DNA of 64,000 bases from Escherichia coli. GTDB lineage: Bacteria; Pseudomonadota; Gammaproteobacteria; Enterobacterales; Enterobacteriaceae. Under the pieces are notes generated by a model. That model was not told where the DNA came from. It saw nothing but the letters and a program-made list of their open reading frames with translations, and ran no database searches. This document shows, one piece after another, positions 1 to 12,913 of the stretch. Position numbers and translations under genes: made by a program. Each line of letters starts with the position of its first letter. The stretch's first letter is position 1. The DNA lies in assembly GCF_048403405.1 (NCBI RefSeq), contig NZ_CP183129.1, one strand, 5' to 3'.

Positions 1-1145
1 TTGCGCTGGGGTCGGTTTATACCTGGAGCCTGTTTAACGGCGCGCTTTCTGCCAAGCTGGATGCGCCGGTAAGCCAGGTCGCTTTCTCTTTCGGCTTGTT
101 AAGTCTGGGGCTGGCAATTTCATCTTCTGTTGCGGGGAAATTACAGGAACGTTTTGGCGTTAAACGCGTCACTATGGCTTCCGGCATTTTGCTGGGATTA
201 GGCTTCTTCCTGACAGCGCATTCTGACAACCTGATGATGCTGTGGTTAAGCGCCGGTGTGCTGGTCGGTCTGGCGGATGGCGCGGGTTACCTGCTGACGC
301 TCTCTAACTGCGTGAAGTGGTTCCCGGAGCGTAAAGGTCTGATCTCCGCGTTCGCTATCGGTTCTTATGGTCTGGGTAGCCTGGGTTTCAAATTTATCGA
401 CACGCAGCTGCTCGAAACGGTGGGTCTGGAAAAAACTTTTGTGATTTGGGGAGCGATTGCGCTGGTGATGATTGTTTTCGGCGCAACGTTAATGAAAGAC
501 GCACCAAAACAGGAAGTGAAAACCAGCAATGGTGTGGTGGAGAAAGATTACACGCTGGCAGAGTCAATGCGTAAACCGCAGTACTGGATGTTAGCGGTAA
601 TGTTCCTGACTGCCTGCATGAGCGGCCTGTACGTGATTGGGGTAGCGAAAGATATCGCCCAAAGTCTGGCACACCTTGATGTGGTTTCCGCAGCCAATGC
701 AGTCACTGTTATTTCCATCGCCAACCTTTCAGGTCGTCTGGTTCTGGGGATACTGTCTGACAAAATCGCCCGAATCCGTGTTATCACCATTGGTCAGGTG
801 ATTTCGCTGGTGGGTATGGCGGCCCTGCTGTTTGCACCATTGAATGCAGTGACGTTCTTTGCAGCGATTGCCTGCGTGGCGTTTAACTTTGGCGGCACCA
901 TTACCGTTTTCCCGTCACTGGTCAGTGAGTTCTTCGGCCTCAATAACCTGGCGAAAAACTACGGTGTGATTTATCTCGGTTTCGGTATCGGCAGCATTTG
1001 TGGGTCGATTATCGCCTCACTGTTTGGCGGCTTCTATGTGACGTTCTATGTCATCTTTGCTCTGCTGATTCTGTCATTGGCGCTATCTACGACGATTCGC
1101 CAGCCAGAGCAGAAAGTATTGCGTGAGGCGCATGGCTCCCTTTAA
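1..1145 (+). CDS. yhjX: MFS transporter YhjX (oxalate/formate antiporter family), 5'-truncated by window start
   Basis: ORF in frame from position 3 to stop at 1145; multi-TM MFS-like translation; conserved position upstream of eptB. Confidence 0.85.
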   Translation, partial: ALGSVYTWSLFNGALSAKLDAPVSQVAFSFGLLSLGLAISSSVAGKLQERFGVKRVTMASGILLGLGFFLTAHSDNLMMLWLSAGVLVGLADGAGYLLTLSNCVKWFPERKGLISAFAIGSYGLGSLGFKFIDTQLLETVGLEKTFVIWGAIALVMIVFGATLMKDAPKQEVKTSNGVVEKDYTLAESMRKPQYWMLAVMFLTACMSGLYVIGVAKDIAQSLAHLDVVSAANAVTVISIANLSGRLVLGILSDKIARIRVITIGQVISLVGMAALLFAPLNAVTFFAAIACVAFNFGGTITVFPSLVSEFFGLNNLAKNYGVIYLGFGIGSICGSIIASLFGGFYVTFYVIFALLILSLALSTTIRQPEQKVLREAHGSL

Positions 1146-1468
1146 TCATCTGCCGCAAGCTACTGGGCTTTAGCCTTAGTGTGAATCAAACGCTTCAACG
1201 CAATATATAAACAATGACGCGTAAAATTTGGGCCAGTTAACTGGCCCTTTTTACTGCTTTTTGTAACGCTAAAGTCTCTTTTCAAACTTGCATTTTTGTA
1301 AATTTGTGCTTCATGCACATTCTTTCCCCACACTTTTTCCCTTTGCTGTGGTCTACTTATTCGCGCGTGTAGATTTTACTTATCTGACTACCTCCGCACT
1401 TTTCCCCTGCCGGGCCCGAAAAGCCGTTAAGCAGGGTGTTATCACCTGTTTGCCCAGGGTTTGTTTGC

Positions 1469-3160
1469 ATGAGATACATCAAATCGATTACACAGCAGAA
1501 GCTGAGCTTTTTGCTTGCAATCTATATTGGCCTTTTTATGAATGGCGCGGTTTTTTACCGCCGCTTCGGCAGCTATGCGCACGATTTTACCGTCTGGAAA
1601 GGCATTTCTGCTGTTGTTGAACTGGCCGCCACCGTACTGGTGACCTTCTTTTTACTACGTCTTCTTTCGCTGTTTGGCCGCCGTAGCTGGCGTATTCTGG
1701 CGTCGCTGGTGGTGCTCTTTTCCGCAGGTGCCAGCTATTACATGACCTTCCTTAATGTGGTCATTGGTTATGGCATCATCGCTTCCGTCATGACCACCGA
1801 TATCGACCTGTCAAAAGAAGTTGTTGGTCTGAACTTTATTCTCTGGTTAATCGCCGTTAGCGCATTGCCTCTTATCCTTATCTGGAATAACCGCTGTCGC
1901 TACACCTTGCTCCGACAACTGCGAACCCCAGGGCAGCGTATTCGCAGCCTGGCGGTCGTCGTACTGGCGGGTATTATGGTTTGGGCACCGATTCGTTTGC
2001 TGGATATCCAGCAGAAGAAAGTGGAGAGGGCGACCGGTGTTGATTTGCCCAGCTATGGCGGCGTCGTAGCGAACTCTTATCTGCCATCAAACTGGCTTTC
2101 GGCATTGGGGCTGTATGCCTGGGCGCGGGTCGATGAATCTTCCGATAATAATTCATTGCTTAACCCGGCGAAGAAATTCACTTATCAGGCACCGCAAAAC
2201 GTTGATGACACTTATGTCGTGTTTATCATCGGTGAAACCACGCGTTGGGACCATATGGGCATTTTCGGCTATGAGCGTAATACCACGCCGAAGCTGGCCC
2301 AGGAGAAAAATCTGGCGGCGTTCCGTGGCTATTCTTGTGACACGGCGACCAAACTTTCTCTGCGTTGCATGTTTGTACGAGAGGGTGGGGCGGAAGATAA
2401 TCCGCAGCGCACATTAAAAGAACAGAACATTTTCGCGGTATTGAAGCAGTTAGGATTCAGTTCTGATCTCTACGCTATGCAAAGCGAAATGTGGTTCTAC
2501 AGCAACACGATGGCAGACAACATTGCTTATCGTGAGCAGATTGGTGCGGAGCCACGTAACCGTGGCAAGCCGGTAGATGATATGTTGCTGGTAGACGAAA
2601 TGCAGCAATCGCTGGGGCGCAACCCGGATGGTAAGCATCTGATCATTCTGCATACCAAAGGTTCGCACTTTAACTACACCCAGCGTTACCCGCGCAGCTT
2701 TGCGCAGTGGAAGCCGGAATGTATTGGTGTTGATAGCGGCTGTACCAAAGCGCAGATGATCAACTCCTATGACAACTCGGTGACCTATGTGGATCACTTT
2801 ATCTCCAGCGTGATTGATCAGGTTCGCGATAAGAAAGCGATTGTGTTCTACGCAGCTGACCACGGTGAGTCAATTAATGAACGCGAGCACCTGCACGGCA
2901 CGCCGCGTGAACTGGCACCGCCGGAGCAGTTCCGTGTGCCGATGATGGTCTGGATGTCAGATAAATATCTGGAAAATCCGGTCAATGCGCAAGCATTTGC
3001 GCAGCTGAAAAAAGAAGCCGACATGAAAGTGCCACGCCGTCACGTAGAGCTGTACGACACCATCATGGGTTGTCTTGGCTATACTTCACCGGATGGTGGA
3101 ATTAACGAAAACAACAACTGGTGCCACATCCCGCAGGCAAGAGAGGCGGCGGCTAACTAA
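1469..3160 (+). CDS. eptB: Kdo2-lipid A phosphoethanolamine transferase EptB
   Basis: 563-aa ORF from ATG 1469 ([10 protein letters not shown]...); sulfatase/PEA-transferase family; length matches K-12 EptB. Confidence 0.93.
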   Translation: MRYIKSITQQKLSFLLAIYIGLFMNGAVFYRRFGSYAHDFTVWKGISAVVELAATVLVTFFLLRLLSLFGRRSWRILASLVVLFSAGASYYMTFLNVVIGYGIIASVMTTDIDLSKEVVGLNFILWLIAVSALPLILIWNNRCRYTLLRQLRTPGQRIRSLAVVVLAGIMVWAPIRLLDIQQKKVERATGVDLPSYGGVVANSYLPSNWLSALGLYAWARVDESSDNNSLLNPAKKFTYQAPQNVDDTYVVFIIGETTRWDHMGIFGYERNTTPKLAQEKNLAAFRGYSCDTATKLSLRCMFVREGGAEDNPQRTLKEQNIFAVLKQLGFSSDLYAMQSEMWFYSNTMADNIAYREQIGAEPRNRGKPVDDMLLVDEMQQSLGRNPDGKHLIILHTKGSHFNYTQRYPRSFAQWKPECIGVDSGCTKAQMINSYDNSVTYVDHFISSVIDQVRDKKAIVFYAADHGESINEREHLHGTPRELAPPEQFRVPMMVWMSDKYLENPVNAQAFAQLKKEADMKVPRRHVELYDTIMGCLGYTSPDGGINENNNWCHIPQAREAAAN

Positions 3161-3251
3161 GCGGCCTGCTGACTTTCTCGCCGATCAAAAGGCATTTTGC
3201 TATTAAGGGATTGACGAGGGCGTATCTGCGCAGTAAGATGCGCCCCGCATT

Positions 3252-3672
<421 letters not shown>

Positions 3673-4292
3673 ACCGCACTCATTGTGGGATACAGCGTAT
3701 CCGTCTTATCCGATCTAAACGGCAACACACCACACATTTCCCTGCCAAATTTGCGCCCCATATCTCACTATCCATTAATGGATTTGTGACAGAAACCATT
3801 GTCTTTTTTTATATTTGCTTAAATCTTTTTTTGCGTTACTTATGACTGGCGCTGGCATTTTCCGCTGTGCGTTTTAGCGTTCATGGTATTAATCGCTCAG
3901 ATATCCACCTTTTCCTCAGATTTTTTTCACTAAATGCATAAAACTTAATCACCAAATGTTGCTAAATATTAAGCTGATTGTTCTGGTCATGTTGGAGTAG
4001 CACAAATTTCTCTGCTGCAAATAGCGGTTTGAAGTTTTTTTAATCTTTGTTTGTGGATTCTCACCGTTGGTGTAAATCCCGGTTGGCTGTATTGACGTTT
4101 TCACATTCTGTTGACAGATTGTAGGTCACGAGGGGCATTTTATGGAGGATCCGCACTGTTACACTGATGTTAATTAGTACGGCATCCCCACCTCATAACG
4201 TTGACCCGACCGGGCAAAAAACAAAAAAGGTCAGGCGGCGACAACCCACTGCAAAGGGTTAAAACAACAAACATCACAATTGGAGCAGAATA

Positions 4293-5900
4293 ATGCGTAT
4301 TTCCTTGAAAAAGTCAGGGATGCTGAAGCTTGGTCTCAGCCTGGTGGCTATGACCGTCGCAGCAAGTGTTCAGGCTAAAACTCTGGTTTATTGCTCAGAA
4401 GGATCTCCGGAAGGGTTTAACCCGCAGTTGTTTACCTCCGGTACTACCTATGACGCCTCTTCCGTGCCGCTTTATAACCGCCTGGTTGAATTTAAAATCG
4501 GCACCACCGAAGTGATCCCGGGCCTCGCTGAAAAGTGGGAAGTCAGCGAAGACGGTAAAACCTATACCTTCCATCTGCGTAAAGGTGTGAAGTGGCACGA
4601 CAATAAAGAATTCAAACCGACGCGCGAACTGAACGCCGATGACGTGGTGTTCTCGTTCGATCGTCAGAAAAACGCGCAAAACCCGTACCATAAAGTTTCT
4701 GGCGGTAGCTACGAATACTTTGAAGGCATGGGCTTGCCGGAGCTGATCAGCGAAGTGAAAAAGGTGGACGACAACACCGTTCAGTTTGTGCTGACTCGAC
4801 CGGAAGCGCCGTTCCTCGCTGACCTGGCAATGGACTTCGCCTCTATTCTGTCAAAAGAATATGCTGACGCGATGATGAAAGCCGGTACACCGGAAAAACT
4901 GGACCTCAACCCAATCGGCACCGGTCCGTTCCAGTTACAGCAGTACCAAAAAGATTCCCGTATCCGCTACAAAGCGTTTGATGGCTACTGGGGCACCAAA
5001 CCGCAGATCGATACGCTGGTTTTCTCTATTACCCCTGATGCTTCCGTGCGTTACGCGAAATTGCAGAAGAATGAATGCCAGGTGATGCCGTACCCGAACC
5101 CGGCAGACATCGCTCGCATGAAGCAGGATAAATCCATCAACCTGATGGAAATGCCGGGGCTGAACGTCGGCTATCTTTCATATAACGTGCAGAAAAAACC
5201 ACTCGATGATGTGAAAGTTCGCCAGGCTCTGACCTACGCGGTGAACAAAGACGCGATCATCAAAGCGGTTTATCAGGGCGCGGGCGTGGCAGCGAAAAAC
5301 CTGATCCCGCCAACCATGTGGGGCTATAACGACGACGTTCAGGACTACACCTACGATCCCGAAAAAGCGAAAGCCTTGCTGAAAGAAGCGGGCCTGGAAA
5401 AAGGCTTCTCCATCGACCTGTGGGCAATGCCGGTACAACGTCCGTATAACCCGAACGCTCGCCGCATGGCGGAGATGATTCAGGCAGACTGGGCGAAAGT
5501 CGGCGTGCAGGCCAAAATTGTCACCTACGAATGGGGTGAGTACCTCAAGCGTGCGAAAGATGGCGAGCACCAGACGGTAATGATGGGCTGGACTGGCGAT
5601 AATGGGGATCCGGATAACTTCTTCGCCACCCTGTTCAGCTGCGCCGCCTCTGAACAAGGCTCCAACTACTCAAAATGGTGCTACAAACCGTTTGAAGATC
5701 TGATTCAACCGGCGCGTGCTACCGACGACCATAACAAACGCGTTGAACTGTACAAGCAAGCGCAGGTGGTGATGCACGATCAGGCTCCGGCACTGATCAT
5801 CGCTCACTCCACCGTGTTTGAACCGGTACGCAAAGAAGTTAAAGGCTATGTGGTTGATCCATTAGGCAAACATCACTTCGAAAACGTCTCTATCGAATAA
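4293..5900 (+). CDS. dppA: Dipeptide ABC transporter periplasmic binding protein DppA
   Basis: 535-aa ORF with signal peptide (MRISLKKSGMLKLGLSLVAMTVAASVQA), family 5 SBP; first gene of dppABCDF. Confidence 0.95.
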   Translation: MRISLKKSGMLKLGLSLVAMTVAASVQAKTLVYCSEGSPEGFNPQLFTSGTTYDASSVPLYNRLVEFKIGTTEVIPGLAEKWEVSEDGKTYTFHLRKGVKWHDNKEFKPTRELNADDVVFSFDRQKNAQNPYHKVSGGSYEYFEGMGLPELISEVKKVDDNTVQFVLTRPEAPFLADLAMDFASILSKEYADAMMKAGTPEKLDLNPIGTGPFQLQQYQKDSRIRYKAFDGYWGTKPQIDTLVFSITPDASVRYAKLQKNECQVMPYPNPADIARMKQDKSINLMEMPGLNVGYLSYNVQKKPLDDVKVRQALTYAVNKDAIIKAVYQGAGVAAKNLIPPTMWGYNDDVQDYTYDPEKAKALLKEAGLEKGFSIDLWAMPVQRPYNPNARRMAEMIQADWAKVGVQAKIVTYEWGEYLKRAKDGEHQTVMMGWTGDNGDPDNFFATLFSCAASEQGSNYSKWCYKPFEDLIQPARATDDHNKRVELYKQAQVVMHDQAPALIIAHSTVFEPVRKEVKGYVVDPLGKHHFENVSIE

Positions 5901-6050
5901 TTAAAAGCCATACCCGGTGGCGCTGTGCCTCTGCGTGCAGCGCCATCCGGCAGCAATACTTCATTCCCTGCCCGACCTGGGCGGGAATTGATTTGTGAGC
6001 AATACAGACACGCAGTTCCAGGCTGCGGGTCACTACAGAGAATCCGGGTT

Positions 6051-7070
6051 ATGTTGCAGTTTATTCTCCGACGTTTGGGACTCGTCATCCCCACGTTTAT
6101 CGGTATTACCCTTCTCACATTTGCCTTTGTCCACATGATCCCGGGCGATCCGGTGATGATCATGGCGGGCGAACGTGGGATCTCCCCAGAGCGTCACGCG
6201 CAGCTGCTGGCTGAACTCGGCTTAGATAAACCTATGTGGCAGCAGTATCTCCATTACATTTGGGGCGTAATGCACGGCGATTTAGGCATTTCGATGAAAA
6301 GCCGCATCCCGGTATGGGAAGAGTTCGTGCCGCGCTTTCAGGCCACGCTGGAACTTGGCGTCTGCGCGATGATTTTTGCTACGGCAGTCGGTATTCCGGT
6401 TGGTGTGCTGGCTGCGGTTAAACGCGGTTCCATTTTCGATCACACGGCGGTTGGCCTGGCGCTGACAGGTTATTCAATGCCTATCTTCTGGTGGGGCATG
6501 ATGCTGATCATGCTGGTTTCGGTGCACTGGAACCTGACGCCCGTCTCCGGTCGCGTGAGCGACATGGTGTTCCTCGATGATTCCAATCCGTTAACCGGTT
6601 TTATGCTGATCGACACCGCCATCTGGGGTGAAGACGGTAACTTTATCGATGCCGTCGCCCATATGATCTTGCCCGCCATTGTGCTGGGTACTATCCCGCT
6701 GGCGGTCATTGTGCGTATGACACGCTCCTCGATGCTGGAAGTGCTAGGTGAAGATTATATCCGCACCGCGCGCGCCAAAGGGCTGACCCGCATGCGGGTG
6801 ATTATCGTCCATGCGCTGCGTAACGCGATGCTGCCGGTAGTGACCGTTATCGGCCTCCAGGTGGGAACATTGCTGGCGGGGGCGATTCTGACCGAAACCA
6901 TCTTCTCGTGGCCCGGTCTGGGGCGCTGGTTGATTGACGCACTGCAACGCCGCGACTATCCGGTAGTGCAGGGCGGCGTATTGCTGGTGGCGACGATGAT
7001 TATCCTCGTCAACTTGCTGGTCGATCTGCTGTACGGCGTGGTGAACCCGCGTATTCGTCATAAGAAGTAA
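6051..7070 (+). CDS. dppB: Dipeptide ABC transporter permease DppB
   Basis: 339-aa ORF from ATG 6051 (MLQFILRRLGLV...); the longer upstream extension in the ORF track is not supported. Confidence 0.93.
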   Translation: MLQFILRRLGLVIPTFIGITLLTFAFVHMIPGDPVMIMAGERGISPERHAQLLAELGLDKPMWQQYLHYIWGVMHGDLGISMKSRIPVWEEFVPRFQATLELGVCAMIFATAVGIPVGVLAAVKRGSIFDHTAVGLALTGYSMPIFWWGMMLIMLVSVHWNLTPVSGRVSDMVFLDDSNPLTGFMLIDTAIWGEDGNFIDAVAHMILPAIVLGTIPLAVIVRMTRSSMLEVLGEDYIRTARAKGLTRMRVIIVHALRNAMLPVVTVIGLQVGTLLAGAILTETIFSWPGLGRWLIDALQRRDYPVVQGGVLLVATMIILVNLLVDLLYGVVNPRIRHKK

Positions 7071-7079
7071 GGGGACATC

Positions 7080-7982
7080 ATGTCACAGGTTACTGAAAAT
7101 AAAGTGATTAGCGCACCGGTGCCGATGACCCCGTTACAGGAGTTCTGGCACTATTTTAAACGCAACAAAGGCGCGGTCGTCGGGCTGGTTTACGTCGTCA
7201 TCGTGCTGTTTATCGCGATCTTTGCCAACTGGATTGCACCCTATAACCCGGCGGAACAGTTCCGCGATGCACTGCTCGCCCCGCCAGCCTGGCAGGAAGG
7301 CGGCAGCATGGCGCACTTGCTGGGCACCGATGACGTAGGCCGTGATGTGCTGTCGCGTCTGATGTACGGTGCGCGATTGTCACTGCTGGTTGGCTGTCTG
7401 GTAGTTGTGTTATCGCTGATTATGGGCGTTATTCTCGGCCTGATCGCCGGTTACTTCGGCGGCCTGGTCGATAACATCATCATGCGCGTGGTCGATATCA
7501 TGCTGGCGCTACCAAGTCTGCTGTTGGCACTGGTGCTGGTGGCGATTTTCGGCCCGTCGATTGGTAACGCCGCGCTGGCGCTGACCTTCGTTGCCTTGCC
7601 GCACTATGTGCGCTTAACACGCGCCGCCGTGCTGGTGGAGGTGAATCGCGATTACGTTACCGCGTCTCGCGTGGCAGGTGCCGGGGCGATGCGTCAGATG
7701 TTTATTAACATCTTCCCGAACTGCCTTGCGCCTCTGATTGTTCAGGCGTCGCTCGGTTTCTCTAACGCCATTCTCGATATGGCTGCTCTTGGTTTCCTCG
7801 GCATGGGGGCGCAGCCGCCAACGCCGGAGTGGGGCACCATGCTCTCCGACGTGTTGCAGTTCGCGCAAAGCGCCTGGTGGGTCGTGACCTTCCCGGGTCT
7901 GGCGATCCTGCTGACGGTGCTGGCATTTAACCTGATGGGTGACGGTCTGCGTGACGCGCTCGATCCCAAACTGAAGCAGTAA
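7080..7982 (+). CDS. dppC: Dipeptide ABC transporter permease DppC
   Basis: 300-aa membrane ORF, operon position. Confidence 0.93.
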   Translation: MSQVTENKVISAPVPMTPLQEFWHYFKRNKGAVVGLVYVVIVLFIAIFANWIAPYNPAEQFRDALLAPPAWQEGGSMAHLLGTDDVGRDVLSRLMYGARLSLLVGCLVVVLSLIMGVILGLIAGYFGGLVDNIIMRVVDIMLALPSLLLALVLVAIFGPSIGNAALALTFVALPHYVRLTRAAVLVEVNRDYVTASRVAGAGAMRQMFINIFPNCLAPLIVQASLGFSNAILDMAALGFLGMGAQPPTPEWGTMLSDVLQFAQSAWWVVTFPGLAILLTVLAFNLMGDGLRDALDPKLKQ

Positions 7983-7992
7983 GAGGTTCGAG

Positions 7993-8972
<980 letters not shown>

Positions 8973-8976
<4 letters not shown>

Positions 8977-9977
8977 GTACGCATGAGGCCACCTCGCAAC
9001 AACCGCTGTTGCAGGCTATCGACCTGAAAAAACATTATCCGGTGAAGAAAGGTATGTTCGCTCCGGAACGTCTGGTGAAGGCGCTGGATGGCGTTTCGTT
9101 TAACCTTGAACGTGGCAAAACGCTGGCGGTAGTAGGTGAATCCGGCTGCGGTAAATCTACCCTCGGTCGGTTGCTTACGATGATCGAAACGCCCACCGGC
9201 GGTGAGCTGTATTACCAGGGGCAGGATCTGCTCAAGCACGATCCGCAGGCGCAGAAGCTGCGTCGGCAGAAAATCCAGATCGTCTTCCAGAATCCCTATG
9301 GTTCGCTAAATCCGCGTAAAAAAGTTGGGCAAATTCTTGAAGAGCCGCTGCTTATTAATACCAGCTTAAGCAAAGAACAGCGTCGGGAAAAAGCCCTGTC
9401 GATGATGGCGAAAGTCGGCCTGAAAACCGAGCATTACGACCGCTATCCGCATATGTTCTCCGGCGGTCAGCGTCAGCGTATCGCCATTGCCCGTGGTCTG
9501 ATGCTCGACCCGGATGTGGTGATTGCCGATGAACCGGTTTCCGCGCTGGACGTTTCAGTGCGTGCGCAGGTGCTGAATCTGATGATGGATTTGCAGCAGG
9601 AGTTGGGGCTGTCTTATGTCTTTATCTCGCACGACCTGTCAGTGGTTGAGCACATTGCCGATGAAGTGATGGTGATGTACCTGGGCCGCTGCGTGGAGAA
9701 GGGAACGAAGGACCAAATCTTCAATAACCCGCGTCATCCGTACACTCAGGCGCTACTCTCCGCGACGCCGCGCCTGAACCCGGACGATCGCCGCGAGCGC
9801 ATCAAGCTCACCGGTGAACTGCCAAGCCCGCTCAATCCACCGCCGGGCTGCGCGTTTAACGCCCGCTGTCGTCGGCGCTTCGGCCCCTGCACCCAGTTGC
9901 AGCCGCAGCTAAAAGACTACGGCGGTCAACTGGTAGCTTGTTTTGCTGTTGATCAGGATGAAAATCCGCAGCGTTAA
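8973..9977 (+). CDS. dppF: Dipeptide ABC transporter ATP-binding protein DppF
   Basis: 334-aa ORF with Walker [14 protein letters not shown] overlap with dppD stop. Confidence 0.93.
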
Positions 9978-9983
9978 CTCACA

Positions 9984-10002
9984 AAACCGGGGCCGTGCGC
10001 TC
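9984..10002. terminator. Candidate bidirectional terminator between convergent dppF and yhjV
   Basis: Imperfect inverted repeat aaaccggggccgtgcgctccggttt in a 29-bp convergent gap. Confidence 0.4.
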
Positions 10003-10006
10003 CGGT

Positions 10007-11278
10007 TTACTCAATCAGCTTCAACAGTGGCGACAAGCATAGCAAAATGCCGTAAAGCAGAATCAGCCAGGCTTTAAATCCGCGAAGTTTTTCCAGTTGT
10101 GCGACTTTATAGATCAGGAAAAACGGAATGAGGCACGACACAATGCCATATAACGGGCTTCCCAACTGAAAGAACACCAGCACCGATACACGAAACGAAA
10201 CCCAAATCGTCAACGTAATGACGATAAAAGCGCAGATCGCCAGAGTCAGCACGCGTGAATTAATTTTCTTGGTATCAATAATTCGGCTTAACAGATTGAG
10301 AATAATGCCTTTAATGGCCTCGTGGAAACCGAGATAAATGCCAAAGAATGCGGTCAGTACGGCAAAGATATTCAGCACCGTAGAGGTGATATGAATGATA
10401 TGCCCAGGGATCACCTGCGCGGCCAGTGCCAGTGCCGAGATATTTTGTTCAAAGGCAGAAACGGCTTCTTCGTGGCTAATTGAGAAGGTAAACGAAAAGG
10501 CAAAAAACAGGATCACCGCAATGAGCGTGATATAACTAATTCGGTGGGTACGCAGCGCGAGCCGGGTTGCCAGTACTTTATCTGCTTCCCGTTTACGATA
10601 GGCAATATTCATTGGGTTAAGTACCTGAATAAATACTGCAGAAAAGAAGCAAAATGGAATGGTAAGCAGGACATCGCGGAAAAAGACGGAGGCTTGCGGG
10701 AAGGCGGTTATATTGGCGAAATTCCAGTGCGGGATCATCGCAAAACCGAACACGACAATAATCCCTACTTTGACCACCACCATTGGCCCGGAAATCTTAA
10801 ACAGTAATCGTTCACCACCAGACGCAATTGCCACCAGTACGGCGAAAATGGCGACTTTATAAAGTAGAGATTGTGAAAGATCGGCATCGGTTAAACCGAA
10901 GGTTTTCAGGTACGAGGCGCTGTCGAAAACCACGGAGAGAGAGTAGATAAAAATCCCGTGGATAATCATCAAAAAGTAGATAACCCCGAGGAAAATTCCC
11001 CAGTTCTTCCCCAGGTAATGACTGATAATATCGGTGTAGTCATTACAGGAATCGCTTTCAGAAAGGGTTTTTAAATAAATGTCCTGCACTACCCAGGTGG
11101 CAGGATAAGCAATGATCGCTGCGGTAATAAATACCCAAATTCCCTTCAAGCCAATTTGTACTGGCATCAGCACGGTTCCGGCACCAATCGCCATGCCTAT
11201 GCATAATAAAACCCAGCCGAAGTCGTAGCGTGTAAACGGCAATTTCTGATCGTGTTTCGGTAGTGTGTTGTGCTGCAT
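10007..11278 (-). CDS. yhjV: Amino acid / HAAAP-family transporter YhjV
   Basis: 423-aa polytopic membrane ORF from ATG at 11278 ([11 protein letters not shown]...). Confidence 0.88.
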   Translation of the reverse strand: MQHNTLPKHDQKLPFTRYDFGWVLLCIGMAIGAGTVLMPVQIGLKGIWVFITAAIIAYPATWVVQDIYLKTLSESDSCNDYTDIISHYLGKNWGIFLGVIYFLMIIHGIFIYSLSVVFDSASYLKTFGLTDADLSQSLLYKVAIFAVLVAIASGGERLLFKISGPMVVVKVGIIVVFGFAMIPHWNFANITAFPQASVFFRDVLLTIPFCFFSAVFIQVLNPMNIAYRKREADKVLATRLALRTHRISYITLIAVILFFAFSFTFSISHEEAVSAFEQNISALALAAQVIPGHIIHITSTVLNIFAVLTAFFGIYLGFHEAIKGIILNLLSRIIDTKKINSRVLTLAICAFIVITLTIWVSFRVSVLVFFQLGSPLYGIVSCLIPFFLIYKVAQLEKLRGFKAWLILLYGILLCLSPLLKLIE

Positions 11279-11753
11279 AAAGTCCTGTCCAGAAAGAAGT
11301 CGGCCTCGCAAAAATGAATAAACCCAGTTTCTCTTGCGCAACAGGTGGAGAAGTCGAATACGCAGTATGTAAAAAATGAGGCAACAGATTCACTGGGGAG
11401 GTCGCGAGTAGGCGCAATTCTACAAAATTGCGCATTTCACTACCAGTCTGGAGTCAGCCCGGATATGAACTGCAACTATTGCAAATAAAGAAATTAAGCT
11501 GGAAGGCATCGCGCAATGAGGAAGATTGCCGGGTGCTGACGGTAAAAAGCAATCGTAGAATCAGCGGCAAGCCGGAAAGGTTCCGGTGAGGCGCAATGTT
11601 GCGGGGGCTTTATCCCTGGTGGCATTGGTTGCTGGAGAGAGAAAACCCCCGCACGTTGCAGGTATGCACCTGACAACATCACGGGGGCCATTCTTGAACC
11701 TACACAACTCAAGAATAGCCGCGAAACGTTGTCATTACAACAGAGGCGGCTAT

Positions 11754-11861
11754 ATGACGCTCGCAGAGCTGGGCATGGCCTTCTGGCACGATTTAGCGGC
11801 TCCGGTCATTGCTGGCATTCTTGCCAGCATGATCGTGAACTGGCTGAACAAGCAGAAGTAA
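11754..11861 (+). CDS. ldr: Ldr-family small toxic peptide (35 aa), copy 1
   Basis: MTLAELGMAFWHDLAAPVIAGILASMIVNWLNKQK; matches Ldr toxin family. Confidence 0.85.
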   Translation: MTLAELGMAFWHDLAAPVIAGILASMIVNWLNKQK

Positions 11862-11911
11862 CGTGTCAGACGGGCGTCAGGCTGCCGTAATGGCAATTTG
11901 CGCCCGGATCA

Positions 11912-11942
11912 GGCCGCAGGGATAAAACTCTGCGGCCTTTTT
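11912..11942 (+). terminator. Rho-independent terminator after ldr copy 1 (ggccgcag...ctgcggcc + T5); repeated after copies 2 and 3 at about 12395-12425 and 12878-12908
   Basis: Perfect 8-bp GC stem followed by T-run, present in every repeat unit. Confidence 0.8.
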
Positions 11943-12236
11943 CGTAAGAAAAATGCAACGGTTGCAAGCGGATAATATTCTGCGGAATGCGCAGCACAGA
12001 GTGAAGAAGTGACGGATTCCGGAACAGAAAAACAGTCGTAGAATCAGCGGCAAGCCGGAAGGGTTCCGGTGAGGCGCAATGTTGCGGGGGCTTAATCCCT
12101 GGTGGCATTGGTTGCTGGAGAGAGAAAACCCCCGCACGTTGCAGGTATGCACCTGACAACACCACGGGGGCCATTCTTGCATCCAAACAATACAAGAATA
12201 GCCGCGAAACGTTGTCATTACAACAGAGGCGGCTAT

Positions 12237-12344
12237 ATGACGCTCGCAGAGCTGGGCATGGCCTTCTGGCATGATTTAGCGGCTCCGGTCATTGCTGGCA
12301 TTCTTGCCAGCATGATCGTGAACTGGCTGAATAAGCGGAAGTAA
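12237..12344 (+). CDS. ldr: Ldr-family small toxic peptide (35 aa), copy 2
   Basis: MTLAELGMAFWHDLAAPVIAGILASMIVNWLNKRK. Confidence 0.85.
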   Translation: MTLAELGMAFWHDLAAPVIAGILASMIVNWLNKRK

Positions 12345-12719
12345 CGTGTCAGACGGGCGTCAGGCTGCCGTAATGGCAATTTGCGCCCGGACCAGGCCGC
12401 AGGGATAAAACTCTGCGGCCTTTTTCGTAAGAAAAATGCAACGGTTGCAAGCGGATAATATTCTGCGGAATGCGCAGCACAGAGTGAAGAAGTGATGGAT
12501 TCCGGAACAGAAAAACAGTCGTAGAATCAGCGGCAAGCCGGAAAGGTTCCGGTGAGGCGCAATGTTGCGGGGGCTTAATCCCTGGTGGCATTGGTTGCTG
12601 GAGAGAGAAAACCCCCGCACGTTGCAGGTATGCACCTGACAACACCACGGGGGCCATTCTTGCATCTAGACCATTCAAGAATAGCCGCGAAACGTTGTCA
12701 TTACAACAGAGGCGGCTAT

Positions 12720-12827
12720 ATGACGCTCGCAGAGCTGGGCATGGCCTTCTGGCATGATTTAGCGGCTCCGGTCATTGCTGGCATTCTTGCCAGCATGATC
12801 GTGAACTGGCTGAACAAGCGGAAGTAA
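12720..12827 (+). CDS. ldr: Ldr-family small toxic peptide (35 aa), copy 3
   Basis: MTLAELGMAFWHDLAAPVIAGILASMIVNWLNKRK. Confidence 0.85.
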   Translation: MTLAELGMAFWHDLAAPVIAGILASMIVNWLNKRK

Positions 12828-12913
12828 CGTGTCATGCGGGCGTCAGGCTGCCGTAATGGCAATTTGCGCCCGGACCAGGCCGCAGGGGTGAAACTCTGCG
12901 GCCTTTTTCGTTC

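Larger units (their letters stand above)
11500..12912 (+). repeat. Tandem array of three about 483-bp ldr/rdl type I toxin-antitoxin units
   Basis: ldr start codons at 11754, 12237, 12720 (period exactly 483 bp); units near-identical including leader and terminator. Confidence 0.9.

Noticed and set aside
17-229. 70-aa minus-strand ORF at the window start
   Set aside because: Antisense to the yhjX coding sequence; spurious.
5925-7070. Extended dppB start at 5925 (381 aa)
   Set aside because: The extension overlaps the dppA-dppB intergenic hairpin; the canonical 339-aa protein starts at ATG 6051.
11494-12678. Minus-strand ORFs of 72-131 aa within the ldr repeat units
   Set aside because: They are near-identical because they lie in the repeated ldr leader, where the antisense Rdl RNA is expected; most likely non-coding.
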